Below, piece by piece: positions 40,177 to 53,951 of a DNA stretch of 64,000 bases. Each line of letters begins with the position of its first letter. Positions within the stretch are counted from its first letter, which is position 1. Origin of the DNA: the human T2T-CHM13v2.0 reference genome, Homo sapiens; assembly GCF_009914755.1 (NCBI RefSeq), contig NC_060931.1; one strand, written 5' to 3'. Under the pieces are notes generated by a model. The model was not told where the DNA came from, did no database searches, and saw only the letters and a program-made list of their open reading frames with translations. A program made the position numbers and the translations under genes.

Positions 40177-43100
40177 AAGAAATGCCTTTTTATGAAAATA
40201 TTTCAAAAGGAATTCAAGTTTATTTTGAAAAAATGCACACCAATACAGAAATATAGAGAGGAAAATGGCAACTCATCCTCCTCACCACACCACCAGCTCC
40301 AGTCTCATGCCTCTGGACCAAGGTAGCCAATCCTAAAAGTTTGACGTGGATCATCTCAGATGCTTATCTATGTGTGTGTGTGTGCTCTGCACATTGATTT
40401 TTTAGTTAATGTATCATGTTGGAGAATGTCTGCCTTTTTACTTCATATTTTTGCAACAAGTTAGCAGAACACAACCTTCTAGGGTCTCAATGTCTTGTCT
40501 TCAGGATGCAGGACAATTGTCTTCTGGCTGTAAGTAAGCTTGTAAGTCATTCTGATCAAATCATCTCCATCCTTTTTTTTTTTCCAATGGATGCTGTGAA
40601 TACATTACCATCTCCAAATGTAATGTCAATTCATATTTTTATTTTCTTTGTAGCAGTTCTTGCTTTCAGTATTGTGTTTTTGCAGGGCATAAAAATTAAT
40701 AAAAATTTTATTTTTGTTAGAGTGTAACTTTAATCCATAGAAAATGTTCATTTTTAATTTTTCCTCTTTGAAATCACTTGCATCCCTTATTAATGCTGAT
40801 ATGTCTGCTTTTTTGTTTTTGTATTTTTTAAAATAAAACTTTGTTGATTTTGTCATTTTCAATGCTTTTATGTTTAGTTTCAGGTGTGTCTTTTATAAGC
40901 AGCTTATATCCAGATGTTTTTAACCCAATCTGACAGCTTCTGTGAGATGGAAATTCAATGCATTCATATATACTGTGATGATTCAAATGTATTTCTTGCT
41001 CTTACCCCCTTTTAATTTTATTTTCTATTTTTATGCTTTATTTCTTTTTACATTTTTCCTTGGTTGCTACTAAGCTTTATCCATTTCTTAAATTTCCTCA
41101 ACACATTTGTAGATTATACATTTTACTTCTATTTTTGGAGCAGTTATCTTAAATTTTAAATTTAATGTTTGATTACCTGAGAAATATAATTGTACATTCT
41201 CCTTATTTGAAGAAACAAATTATTGAGGCAAAAGCCCTTTTCATCATCTCCTTCAATGTCAGTCCTTTCTCTCTATCTCACAATCCAAAAGAAAACACTC
41301 TTATCAGTTTATTGTGGTTGTTCCCTGACATTTTGGACACATATTGACGTATGTTTACTTTGCTTTATATTGTGTCTTCCATAAGTTGCATCACCAAGTT
41401 CTGCTATTTTTGAAATTGTTTTACTCAACAAATATGTTTTGAACATCTTTCCTTGTTAATTAACATAGGTGGACCTATTCTTATTGACTGATAAATAGTA
41501 ATCCATCATATGATTAAATGCCAATTTTTATTTGCATTCATATTAGTAAATATTTAACTTCTTCATATTTTTTCACTATTACCAACAATTTGCAATGAAC
41601 TTCCTAGTACTGCCTCCATTTATACTACTATAGGCTGTTTCTCTTTTTAATGTTATTGGATACTGCCAAAATGATCTCCAGTTTTTATGAAAGATTAGTT
41701 TTCTCCACACTCTTGCCAACACTTAATATTGTCAGCTTTTGAAACATTTACTAATTTTCTGGGTAAAATATGTTATTATATATAATTTGCATTTGTGTGA
41801 TTATATCTTTTCAAATGCTGAATATCTCACTTGGATTTCATCTTTCATGAACTGTTTGAGAATATACTTTAAAAATATTTTCTGTTTTTTGCTTTTCTGT
41901 TTATCCTTAGAAATTACTCATATATTCTGAATTCTAATTTTGTATCTGTTCAGTCTGTTACAAATATTTGTCTCTCAGTGACCTCACCTTCTTTAACTTT
42001 ATTTATGCTGCCTTTATGCTAAGAAGTTGTTGGTTTTTTTCTTTAATTCTATGTGGTTCTTGCAGCTTTTGTCAACCATTCTAGTCACTTCCTAGATTCC
42101 CAATGCTACTGTAGTTTGTGTGTGTGGGCATGTGGATGAATATATGCAGTCATTTTAATTAGCTGTGGAGAGGATATCTGCAAGTAACTGCAGCTTTCCA
42201 TATTGAAGTTTTACTACCATTAGCTGAGGCTTTGCCAGGTGCCTGTGAGAAGATGCTAAGAACACTTCGAGTGGAATTTTTCATTATTAAGTCTTGTAGC
42301 TCAATGTCATTAACTCCCCAAAATATCTTGAGTTCCAACAGGTAACAAAAAGCCACAGGCAGAACTGATACCTGAACTCTATGACATTTGCCATGTGAGT
42401 CTGAAAATGGGATGACAAAACTAAGACATGCCATCTCCTCATTTTCATGCTGAAAAGAAATTAAAGAGAATCTGCACAAGAGTTACATTTTTCAATAATG
42501 TTTTACTACTGGAATAAATAAACTATACTTTTTAAAAAATATAACATTTAATTTTTAATTATAAGAGAAATAGATGTTAATTTTAAAATTCGAGAGAATA
42601 AAGTTTTATAAAGATAATTAAAATGACCTAAAATCCCACCAGCCAAGACGACCACTGAAGACATTTTTTTTAAACAAAGATATTTTGATAAATATGCTTT
42701 AGGTTCTGCTTCTATGTCTGGTTTCTTGGTTTTTTATTTTTTTTACCCCAAAATTTGGCTTATTTAGAGCATGGTATCCTGGAATCTAATTTTAAAACTT
42801 TTTCCATTAAGCATTTTTCAAATTACCTAATATTTATTTTAATCACTATATGGTTTGCAATCTATTGTTAACCATAATTTATTTAACCAACCTCCTATTG
42901 CTTGACATTTACAGTATATACAAATTGTTTTAAAAAAATTCTTGAAATACAAAGCCTTTTCTTGATTCATTACATTTTGACCATTCCTTAAGAAGAAGAA
43001 GTGAATACTCTAACCAGATCTAAGTGAAGTTTTAAAAACAGTGTGTGTTTGTATAAATCTTCAAGCGTAGTGTTAAACAATTTAATTGTGATGTGTTCCT

Positions 43101-43443
43101 AGATCAGAACTACCCTACGGAGAGTCCAGATTTGGTGTTTTTACAGCCTTCCTTTGCAGAAAGTTAGATCGAGAAATTCATAAGCAGTACCACATTCTCT
43201 GGGCATAATAAACTAGTTTTTCTAACTTGTTTATATGTTTAATTATTTTAAAAGTCAAGAAACTGAAGCCAAAATATTCAACACATAGTTGACTAAATGG
43301 GAGGAATTCCTGGAGGTGTTCATTTAGAAAATGTGGATTTTAAGATATGCAAGTAAGGGCACTACCTCTATAGCGTTTCCTCAAATCTATGACAAATTGA
43401 TTGTGAGAAATGCCATTATTTTATGTATCACTAAGAAAGACCA

Positions 43444-43899
<456 letters not shown>

Positions 43900-44036
43900 C
43901 TAACATTAGTAAGAATGTGAAGATTGACATGAACCGTGCAATCTTCTTACCTGCACATAGATTTCTCTACTCAATGAGTTCGATTCAGTGGCTCATTAAC
44001 TGACTGTAGCCTCATTGTTTCTCCTGTCTCTTCCAG

Positions 44037-45028
44037 GTATGGGGAGGATGTCAGGCAGGACCAGCAGCAGCTCCTGGAGGGGATCTCAGAGCTGGACATC
44101 AGGACAGGGGGAGTCCCCTCACAGCTGCTTGTACATGGAGCCCTGGCCTTCCCTCTGGGGCTGGATGCCTCACTCAACTGCTTCCTGGCGGCTGCTCACT
44201 ATGGCCGGGGCCGGGTGGTCCTGGCTGCCCACGAGTGCCTGCTCTGTGCTCCCAAGATGGGGCCCTTCTTGCTCAATGCGGTGCGCTGGCTGGCCAGAGG
44301 CCAGACAGGCAAAGTTGGGGTGAACACAAATCTAAAAGATCTGTGTCCTCTCCTATCGGAGCATGGCCTGCAATGCAGCCTGGAGCCCCATCTGAACAGC
44401 GACTTGTGTGTCTACTGCTGCAAGGCATACAGTGACAAGGAGGCTAAGCAGCTGCAGGAGTTTGTGGCTGAGGGTGGGGGGCTGCTGATTGGGGGCCAGG
44501 CCTGGTGGTGGGCCTCCCAGAACCCTGGCCACTGCCCCTTGGCTGGCTTCCCTGGTAACATCATCCTCAACTGCTTTGGCCTCAGCATCCTGCCTCAGAC
44601 TCTCAAAGCAGGCTGCTTCCCCGTTCCCACCCCTGAGATGAGAAGCTACCACTTCCGCAAGGCGCTCTCTCAATTCCAGGCTATACTGAACCACGAGAAT
44701 GGGAACTTGGAAAAGAGCTGTCTGGCAAAGTTGAGAGTTGATGGTGCAGCCTTCCTACAGATTCCTGCGGAGGGGGTCCCTGCTTACATATCCCTGCACA
44801 GGCTCCTGAGGAAGATGCTACGAGGGTCTGGCCTCCCAGCTGTGAGCCAGGAAAATCCAGTTGCCAGTGACTCCTATGAGGCTGCCGTGCTCTCCCTGGC
44901 CACTGGGCTGGCTCACTCTGGAACTGACTGCTCCCAGCTGGCCCAGGGGCTTGGCACCTGGACCTGCTCCTCCAGTTTGTACCCCTCAAAACACCCCATC
45001 ACCGTGGAGATCAATGGAATCAACCCAG
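44037..45028 (+). CDS. TCAF2: TCAF2 coding exon 2, 992 nt (YGEDVRQDQQQLLEGISELD...TVEINGINPG)
   Basis: Acceptor tctcttccag| at 44036, donor G|gtatga at 45029; open throughout; in phase with the AG left by the previous exon. Confidence 0.95.
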
Positions 45029-45141
45029 GTATGAAAACAGGAGAGAGTGCCCAGAACATTAAAGATGTAGGGGAAAGTGGGATTGGCTGACACTACACAG
45101 GACATTGCAGGTACCTACCCTCAGGAAGATTGACCCCATTC

Positions 45142-45433
45142 TTTTTTTTTTTTGAGACAGAGTCTCACTCTGTCATCCAGGTTGGAATGCAGTGGCGCGA
45201 TCTCAGCTCATGCAACCTCCACCTCCTGGGTTTAAGCAATTCTCCTCTCTCAGCCTCCTGTGTTGCTGGGACTACAGGCACACGCCACCATGCCTGGCTA
45301 ATTTTTGTATTTTTAGTAGAGAGGGAGTTTCACCGTAAAGGTAAGGCTGGTCCGGAACTCCTGACCTCAGGTGATCCACCTGCCTTGGCCTCCCAAAGTG
45401 CTGGGATTACAGTCGTGAGCCACTGGGCCCAGC
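45142..45433 (-). mobile_element. AluSx-like, antisense
   Basis: Full Alu text; TSD tgaccccattctt / tgactccattctt. Confidence 0.95.
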
Positions 45434-45635
45434 TGACTCCATTCTTCATCAGGTACTTTCAAGAAGATGGGGATTGGGACACTGCTTAAGGTTTAGAGGG
45501 GATGAGTCTAAGAAGTATGGATGACTTGAGATACACAGGGGAGAAGCTGTACCACTGGGAGGGGCTGGGAGGCCCCAAGTGGAGATATACTCACATAGGA
45601 AGGAAGAACTGAGCCTTCTCTGTGACTTTTGTCAG

Positions 45636-45733
45636 GCAACAATGATTGCTGGGTGAGTACCGGGCTCTACCTCCTGGAAGGACAAAATGCAGAAGTCTCA
45701 CTGTCTGAAGCTGCTGCCTCTGCTGGCCTGAGG
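45636..45733 (+). CDS. TCAF2: TCAF2 coding exon 3, 98 nt (GNNDCWVSTGLYLLEGQNAEVSLSEAAASAGLR)
   Basis: Acceptor ttttgtcag|, donor AGG|gtaagg; WxSTGLY motif typical of the M60-like N-terminal region. Confidence 0.93.
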
Positions 45734-46019
45734 GTAAGGTCTGAACACCCACATCTGCCACCTCTCAAAACCGTAGAGCTGTGTCATTCTCATCCACTGT
45801 CTAGTTCCAGCTCATGGCAATGCTGCCAGGAGTACAGAGATGGATTATTCTGCCCATTTTACAGATTTTACAGATGAAGCAGCTAAATTTCAGGGCATCT
45901 AAGTGAGTGACTGAAGTGCCTAGTGTTATCAAGCAAGAGAAGCTCACTGCAGAATGGACTAGAAGCCAAAACTATGACACTTGAGTTTTTCACCAAAAAA
46001 AAAACAAAAACAAAAACAA

Positions 46020-46335
46020 AAGAAAACATTTTATTGCAATTTGATTAACAAGGAGACAGGAGCCCAGCTCAAATCTGTCCCATTGTACTTATTTTAAAGA
46101 GTTATTTTAGTAGAAAAGGTGTAGGGAGTGGATTCTGTGATTAGTAGGTGATTGATAGAAAGAAAAGGAAGGGCTGGAAAATCCTCGGGCATGGGCAGTT
46201 ACCTCTTCATGCCTCCTCATGGGTCCCATGTGCAAACTCAGAGGGAGTTAGTATGAAACATGCGGTACAAATTTAGGCTGTGTGTCAGCAAGCTCATTCT
46301 GCACAAACTCTGGTTTTATCTCTTTATCTTGACAC
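46020..46335 (-). mobile_element. ERV1 LTR fragment (MER41/57/66-like, uncertain)
   Basis: tttattgcaatttgattaacaaggagacaggagcccagctcaaatctgtccc...gggcatgggcagtt. Confidence 0.45.
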
Positions 46336-47010
46336 CTGAAGGGTGTGCATAATCCCATCACTCCCCAAAATATGCCCTACATGCAGAATTTAAATTCATC
46401 CTGCCTCCTTGACTCTGAGGGCCACTTCCTACCACAGCTAGGGTCCCTTTTCTGTCAGCATTCTTTCTGGAGCTTGCTTATATCAAACCTAAGAAAAGCA
46501 ACTCCAGGACTCCAGACAAAACAGATCTCCACCCATCTGGCGGCCAGAAAGGGAAGCTCTGGGCAAAGAGGGAGAGAGAATCAACCTCACTCACTCTGGA
46601 TGGGCCTCCTGTGTGTTCACAGAGGACAGAGCAGAGTCCCCCAGCTCATCCTCAATATCAGCGTCCCCAGACTGGCTTAGGTCCTGCTAGAAGAACCCAG
46701 GATTTTGCCTGGCAGAAAGACACAAGACCTTTGCCAGGATCAGCCTGGTCTCTCACCAATTCATGTCAGGTGAAGACTTATAGTGGAGCTGTTTAAATCC
46801 TTAGAAAAATGATTTTAAATGCCTTGAAGTCCAAATGACTTTGGAGTGCTAAAATTTCATAAGTTTCCATGCCTAGCACATAGAAAAGGGAAGCTGGGGT
46901 TTCATGGGCATGTTTGTCTAATACCTTCCATCTACACAACCTCACACGCACATCACAAAGCATCACAAAGACTCTAATTTCTCCAACGCTTGGTGGAATC
47001 ACCTGTCCAG

Positions 47011-47224
47011 GTACAGATTGGCTGCCACACCGATGACCTTACCAAGGCCAGGAAGCTATCTCGAGCCCCCGTGGTGACTCACCAATGCTGGATGGACAGG
47101 ACTGAGCGGTCAGTCTCCTGCCTCTGGGGTGGCCTCCTCTACGTCATCGTGCCCAAGGGCAGCCAACTAGGCCCTGTGCCTGTCACTATCAGGGGAGCTG
47201 TGCCTGCCCCATACTACAAGCTGG
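47011..47224 (+). CDS. TCAF2: TCAF2 coding exon 4, 214 nt (VQIGCHTDDL...APYYKLG)
   Basis: Acceptor cctgtccag|, donor G|gtaagt; paralogous to the TCAF1 exon ending at 101. Confidence 0.93.
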
Positions 47225-47563
47225 GTAAGTGGAGTGAACATTTAGGGAGGAGGAAGAGTGGCAGATGCCGTGGGAACTGTGGGGTGGTTGCTAAATGGGA
47301 GAGGGATGAGCTTTGGTGGAGAGAAAGAGGAAGAACTGTTGGGAGGGAACATGGAGGCAGAAGATACGGAATACCCTGTGTCCATGGAGACTTCAGGGCA
47401 GACAAAGAGAAGAGTCAGGAAGCCTTTTCTTCCCTTTACAGCCTATAGACGCCTGTGATAGTAGTTCATTATTGCAATGTTCTTCCAGAGTTCAAATGGT
47501 ATTTTTCAGCTCAAGGGAAGTTGGAGAAGTGGGTGTGGTAGGTTCCATGATATTTATTCCCAG

Positions 47564-47803
47564 GTAAGACATCGCTGGAGGAGTGGAAGAGGCAGATGCA
47601 GGAGAACCTGGCTCCCTGGGGAGAGCTGGCCACGGACAACATCATCCTGACAGTGCCAACCACAAACCTTCAGGCCCTGAAGGACCCCGAGCCTGTGCTC
47701 CGCCTCTGGGATGAGATGATGCAGGCTGTGGCCAGGCTGGCGGCTGAGCCCTTCCCTTTCCGCCGTCCTGAGAGGATTGTGGCTGATGTGCAGATCTCAG
47801 CTG
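47564..47803 (+). CDS. TCAF2: TCAF2 coding exon 5, 240 nt ([25 protein letters not shown]...DVQISAG)
   Basis: Acceptor ttcccag|, donor G|gtgggt; same length as TCAF1 749-988. Confidence 0.93.
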
Positions 47804-48712
47804 GTGGGTGCTCCCAGGGAATCCTCCTAGTCAGTGGAAACCATGTATCTATTACTTTGCCTTTTATGAATGTCCAAAATGTGTAAGCATAATTTTATTA
47901 GTAAAGCAAGGGAAAAAGATATAAAAGACATTGACCATGATGGGGATGAAAGAATGTTTACATGTGAAAAACAAATTATTGACATCTACAAGGTGAGATT
48001 TCACTGGATGGTAAAACAATCTCAGAAAACGTTGTATTGGGAATTCATAGATGGCAACCAGAGTCATTTCAAGGACAACATAGAAAATCAACTATTTTCT
48101 TCAAACATAAGCCAGAGTTGAAAATGAAAAGAGGAAATACGTAAGGAGGTTTATGGTAAGTACTGAGTGGTTAAAAAGAAAGAGGTACATAGGAAGAGAA
48201 ATAAGGAACTCTGGATCCCAAATGGGGAAAGTTCTTTGGACCTCAATTTTCATACCTTCAAATAAGGACAAAAATTATCTCTGTCATAGAGTGTAAATTT
48301 GGACAAAAGTAGTATACATGGGGAAGAAAGAATGACACTGTTCTAGCCCTCAAGGATCTCAGATCCAGTCATAGGACATCATATCTCAGACTGACATGTA
48401 AAGGACACTCACACACACAAAATGAAGGTGTCGAATTACAGCAAGAATGACTATGTAAAGTATAACCAAATTCTCCAGGGCCAGATTGAGGAGGAGGCCA
48501 CAACTCAGGTGTGAGAGACTAAGAAGGGGATTAGGTACTATTCAGTTTCTGACCAAGTAGGGGAAAGCTATTTGCTTTCCAATCAGCACAGAGATTCTGC
48601 AATTATTGGGGATAACCAGGATGGTGAAGAAAAGTCCAATAATGGAGAAGAATGAAGGAGATAGTTTGGGCGGACCCTCCTCAATGCTCATCTCTTCCTT
48701 CTGTGTTCCCAG

Positions 48713-49050
48713 GCTGGATGCATTCAGGATACCCCATCATGTGCCACCTGGAGTCTGTGAAGGAGATCATCAATGAGATGGACATGAGGAGCAGGGGTGT
48801 GTGGGGCCCCATCCATGAGCTGGGCCACAACCAACAGCGGCATGGATGGGAGTTCCCCCCACACACTACTGAGGCCACCTGTAACCTTTGGTCAGTCTAC
48901 GTGCATGAAACAGTCCTGGGGATCCCCAGGGCTCAGGCCCACGAGGCTCTGAGCCCTCCAGAGCGAGAGAGGAGAATCAAGGCCCACCTGGGAAAGGGAG
49001 CCCCCCTGTGTGACTGGAATGTATGGACAGCCCTGGAAACATATCTACAG
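48713..49050 (+). CDS. TCAF2: TCAF2 coding exon 6, 338 nt, peptidase M60-like core with intact HELGH-x14-E
   Basis: Acceptor ttcccag|, donor CAG|gtactg; encodes [30 protein letters not shown]. Confidence 0.95.
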
Positions 49051-49670
49051 GTACTGAGCAGAAATTCTGGGAGAAGGGGATGACCAGACCCCTCAGTCAT
49101 GTAGCGACCTGGATCCCAGTAGCTCTCCACCTCCTTCACCACTCCACCAGCCTGGACCTCCACCTCCCCTGGAAATGAGAGGGACTGGGCCGCAGGGTGG
49201 TGCTTCTTGGGTTATACCCCTCTAAGGCAGAGAGAATGGCACCTGTCTCACTCACCTTCTGATTTTGCAATGTAAGAGGAAATGAAAAATATTATGAAAA
49301 AAATAGAAATATAGCATATTATTCAAGGGCAGAAACTCTGTTAGACATTCCTGCAGCTGAATCACAGCTCTTGCCCTCATTGGTTTTGTTCTTGGTCTCC
49401 TAATAAGTGTTTCATAAATGGTCATTGCTTTGTTTAGTTTTGTTTTATTTCACCTGAGTTTTATGAGTCAAATGAGTTATGCTTTTTTATAATAACGGAG
49501 GGTGTCTGCAATGCAGCTGCATTACAATAAGAAGGCATTGTTGGAGACAAATCTGCTAACAAGGGTCTCATCATCCATCACCCCACTTGAAGCCAAAATG
49601 ATTTAAAATGAAGAGCCAGTCAACCCAATAGTAGAACACTGAATTCATAAAGCAAGTCTACTTCCTGTGA

Positions 49671-49676
49671 AATAAA
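49671..49676 (+). terminator. Candidate intronic poly(A) signal for a read-through short TCAF2 isoform
   Basis: AATAAA followed ~45 nt later by GU-rich gatgttttcgagttgtcaatgttgtt. Confidence 0.4.
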
Positions 49677-51128
49677 CACAAATCCCTGCCCCCTCCCCTA
49701 GCCCTGCATTGAATGTCGATGTTTTCGAGTTGTCAATGTTGTTCCCCTTTCAGATCTCCTGCAATGTCTCCCACAGCTCTATGGATAGGAGCTGTCTGGC
49801 CCACTTTTCACAGAGGCACACACTATTTTAAAGAATTTAAGCAATCTCTCCAGTAGCCCCCATTTAAGTGAAGGACCTAGAACTTAAAATCAGGACGTAA
49901 TGACAAGCCCCAGGCTTTCGCATTGCCATACCCTCTCTTAGTTTTTTGTGCCTTTCACTAATTTTCTGAAGAGTGAATGTGAGACAGTCCCAGTCAATGA
50001 GGTAACTTTGTATTGCATTCATTTCCATATCCTTAGATAGCCAGTCTGGGGGTATACAGGACCACTGACCACAATGGTAGGTTGCCCCTAAACTGTAAAT
50101 TTAAGCCCTAATTCTGTCCTAGTCTGCTACCTACTCACTGTGGAGCCCCGAATATTAGTTCTCAATAGCTCTAGAGAGACCAAGTCTGAGACTTGGCCTC
50201 AGGATAAACAGGCACCTTCTGACTCCTCTTCCTGCTAGAGGGCTTCTCCCCAGCATCCGTGCCACTGCTGCCTTAGCTCAGGCCTCGTTAGTCTTCCCTC
50301 AGTGTATTCCAGTAGCCTTCTAAGTTGTCCCAGCATCTTGCCTCAATCCTCTATGATCCATCTTCCTTACACTCCTTCCAAAATAATGTTAATACTCTGT
50401 CTATCAAATGCTTACAGTGTTCTCTAGCACATATAGGGTAAAGTCAAAGCTCATTAGCAGGGCATAGGAGGCCCTTCATGACCAGCCTCGCCAGCACCTC
50501 TAGCTACATCTCCTACTGCTCTCACCTCCACATTTACCCTTCGGCATGCCAACCTGCTTATGGTTACGGACACAGCTTGCTGTTTTGGCTTCTGTGCCTC
50601 CCCTTGTTTGCTTCCTGCTGCTGAATCATGCTGGAACATCTTGTCCATTAGCTGTCAAGTCACCTGTCCAAATTCAGCTCTGTTGGCCCTTTCTCTCCTG
50701 GACATCGCCTCCTTGATAAACCAACAGTTTTAGCAATGTGTTTATTTACGTGTGTTTCTCTCTTTGGCCAGTGTTCTCTAGAAGGACAAGAGCTCTTAAT
50801 GATGTTTGCCTAGCACAGTAGCTGGCGGTGTGTGGGTGTCTAATACATGTTAAACGTTTAATAAATGCTTAATTTATTGATGCATTGATTAATAAGTGTC
50901 AAAGAGCAAGCCAGTGAGAACAGATGAGCAATAATAAGGATACAACAGTGAGACTCTGAGGTAGGCTTGGCTTCAGTGGTGTTATCTGTCCTTGGGCTTT
51001 TATGAGCTACAGTCACAGAATGCTCATCTATTAAAGGGAGAGTGGGGATGTGAAACCCCAGATCCCCGCTAACTGGAAATTTGTATAATCTTAGTAAACA
51101 AGGGCCTTCTGCCAAGGGCTTTCCGGAG

Positions 51129-51196
51129 AGCTGCCCCTTATGAAGTATGAGCCACTCTCATTAGCTGCCCCTTATGAAGTATGAGCCACTCTCATT
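51129..51196. repeat. Perfect 34-bp tandem duplication
   Basis: agctgccccttatgaagtatgagccactctcatt twice (51129-51162, 51163-51196). Confidence 0.95.
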
Positions 51197-51765
51197 TTTA
51201 GCCCCTCGAGACAGGCTGGATTTTTTTCTTTTTCTGCCCTAAATGCAGTGTTCTACAGAGCAATTTTGTATCATTGCAGATAGCCACAGGTCCAAGATGG
51301 CTATTAAAAAATAAGGATTATTATGATGTCTGGAAAGTATGGTATTGGAGGTTCGCAGCTTTTAGAATCTCAATAGGCCAGATATGTAGGAAGTGAGGGT
51401 TTCTCATCTCAGTCAGGCCCAAACCTGTCCTGATGCTGAGGAAAACACTTGAGATCTGGGAAGACAATTGTTTAAAGATACTAATAGTGGACATTTATTG
51501 AGTATTTACCTCTATTCAGACATTAGGTTTCCCCTGAGCACCCCCACTAGATTCAGGGGGTGTTGTTTTGTGGCCAAGAGGAGGAATGAGCCAACAAGAT
51601 TGCATTATTGTGCAGGGGCAGAGTGGGGAGATAGGGGCACATACCCAGGATGAAGGTAACGATTGAGGGGAGGTGATCATGTGAATGAAATATATTTAAG
51701 AACGCACATGTCACGTCACTTTTGCAAACTTGACACCTCATTCTGTTCCTTCTTTCCCTTTTCAG

Positions 51766-52020
51766 CTCCAAGAGGCCTTCGGGTGGGAGCCATTCACCCA
51801 GCTCTTTGCTGAGTACCAGACCCTCTCTCACCTCCCCAAAGACAACACTGGCAGGATGAATCTATGGGTGAAGAAGTTCTCTGAAAAAGTGAAGAAGAAT
51901 CTGGTTCCCTTCTTTGAGGCCTGGGGCTGGCCTATCCAGAAGGAGGTGGCTGACAGCCTGGCCTCCCTACCAGAGTGGCAGGAAAACCCCATGCAAGTGT
52001 ACCTCCGTGCCAGGAAGTAA
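51766..52020 (+). CDS. TCAF2: TCAF2 last coding exon ([17 protein letters not shown]...QVYLRARK*)
   Basis: Long pyrimidine tract plus ttcag|; TAA at 52018-52020; coding exons sum 623+992+98+214+240+338+255 = 2760 nt = 919 aa + stop. Confidence 0.95.
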   Translation, partial: LQEAFGWEPFTQLFAEYQTLSHLPKDNTGRMNLWVKKFSEKVKKNLVPFFEAWGWPIQKEVADSLASLPEWQENPMQVYLRARK

Positions 52021-52128
52021 AGGATGCCCCACAAGGCGGGAGAGAAAAGGCAGGGTCACGCCATCAACTCCACCATGGGGCTTTGGCCGTGTGCTCAGTA
52101 TCTGGAGCCTGAATCCCGCTTCCAAGCC

Positions 52129-52146
52129 TGACCACTAGATGGTGGC
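52129..52146 (+). promoter_or_regulatory. CTCF-like motif TGACCACTAGATGGTGGC in the TCAF2 3'UTR
   Basis: Matches the CCACTAGATGG core. Confidence 0.6.
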
Positions 52147-53641
52147 CACGGTCATAAGAAAAAATGGAACCCCTTTCTGTAAAAGGTGCCTTGTGCTTCT
52201 TTTTATTGTTTTTCTGCCTACGCTATTGCTTTCCCCAAGAGACTCACTTCACCTCTTAGTCTTCCAGAGAGGATCTTTCATCCTGCCATCCTGAGGCTTC
52301 TATTTTTGACCAATAGCTCTAAAGACCACGGGTTCCCATAACAACCTGATATCCCTTTCTCATCCCTGCCATCCCTGAATAAGGCTTCTAATTTATTATG
52401 CTTTAACAAGTTTTCAAATAGCAAGCGAGACACGCTGGAATAGTGGAGAGAGCCCCAAACCAGCTTTGGTTCTATGGAAAATCACTCCACCTCTCTGTGT
52501 TTCTGTCTTCACATCCATGACATGAGGATACAAATCTTTTCCTCACAAAGCTGTTGTTTGATTTCTCCTGGTCCCATAGTGGACTGTTAACGGTGTCCAG
52601 TCTAGCGTGCACATCCTGGGGGCTGAATCTCACTTCATTGTTGACCCCCTTGGGGTTAGCATTCAGTCCTTGTATATTTAGAGAATGTCAATGTTTTCCC
52701 AGACATGGTATCAATAATGGTAGTTGTCAGCAGTATCTTAGCCCTTTCTACATTTTTTCTCCCACTTCTGGAAGGATTCTTGGGTATAACCTAACCCAAA
52801 GAAAAGTGGCATGTGCTGAAACTGAGTGTCACAGAGCTGTGAGGTTGGGTCTTTGGGATTAGCTTCATTTTCCAGGGTTTGCCCTTTGCCCTTCAACCAA
52901 AGGACAAAGTCATGTTAACAGCTGCTACTAAGTCTATATGCCCATTCGTTCATACCACAAAACAGGCATCTGACTCCTCTGGTCACCATGGAATCAAGGC
53001 ACTGTCAAGTGGTGGGGGGTCCACAGGCACAGTGGGCTTCACTCTGGAACAGGATTACTGGGTGCAGCGGATGTAATCCTCACTTAATCAACCCACACCC
53101 CAGCATCCCCTGAGCTTTCTCTTAATCTCATTCTAGCCCATCTTGACTCTTCGGTTAGAGGGAGTTCTCATTGGAGATTTGTCTCTGGGATTAATGAGTG
53201 TATGCCTAGCTACTTTCTCCAGTTTACTTTTAGACCATATTGTTGTTTGTTTTGAATATCATTCCTTAGGCTATGTTGAGAGTAGAGTGGCTTCCCATTA
53301 GGAGAACTAATTTAGGGCATGTCTTTTGCTGAATCCCGTCAGCATATTTAACAAATTCCCAATTCTAGATAATTTCCTTTTATTTCTCTAGTACCCTTTG
53401 CCAGGGGCTCTACACATCAAAGGTGTTCATGAAGTATTTGTCAAAGGAAAGAACAGTAATGACACCTAACACATAATGAGTGATTAGTATGTTCCAGGCA
53501 TTGCGTGAGCTATTTACTGTGAGTGATTTAATGTTATCTTCCCAGCAGACCTCTGAGGTAGGTACTAGTATGATCCCCATTTCGTACATGAGGAAACTGA
53601 CACTAAGGGACATAAAATAAGTTTTTTGAAGTCACAAAGTG

Positions 53642-53647
53642 AATAAA
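53642..53647 (+). terminator. Candidate TCAF2 poly(A) signal
   Basis: First AATAAA I noticed after the stop codon; use is unverified. Confidence 0.3.
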
Positions 53648-53951
53648 AGGAAGAACCAGGGTTTAATTGAAGCCCATAGCAATGAAAACATTGTGGAACT
53701 TATTCTTCATGAATGGTTTACAATTTAAACAAAATGTCACCTAGAAAATAGATGAAAATATGTTCAACCAGGTCTGGATTTTTCCAATGTTTACTACTGA
53801 ATTTTCATTCAATAACAAGTTTAACTTCCAAAAAGGTGTTGGTATCTGATTTTCTGCCTGCCTCAGAATGTGATTTGTCTGCCTTTGGGTAATCCAGCCT
53901 TGGGTAGAGAAGGAATTTGAACTCAGGAAATTCAACTCCAGAACTGATGTT

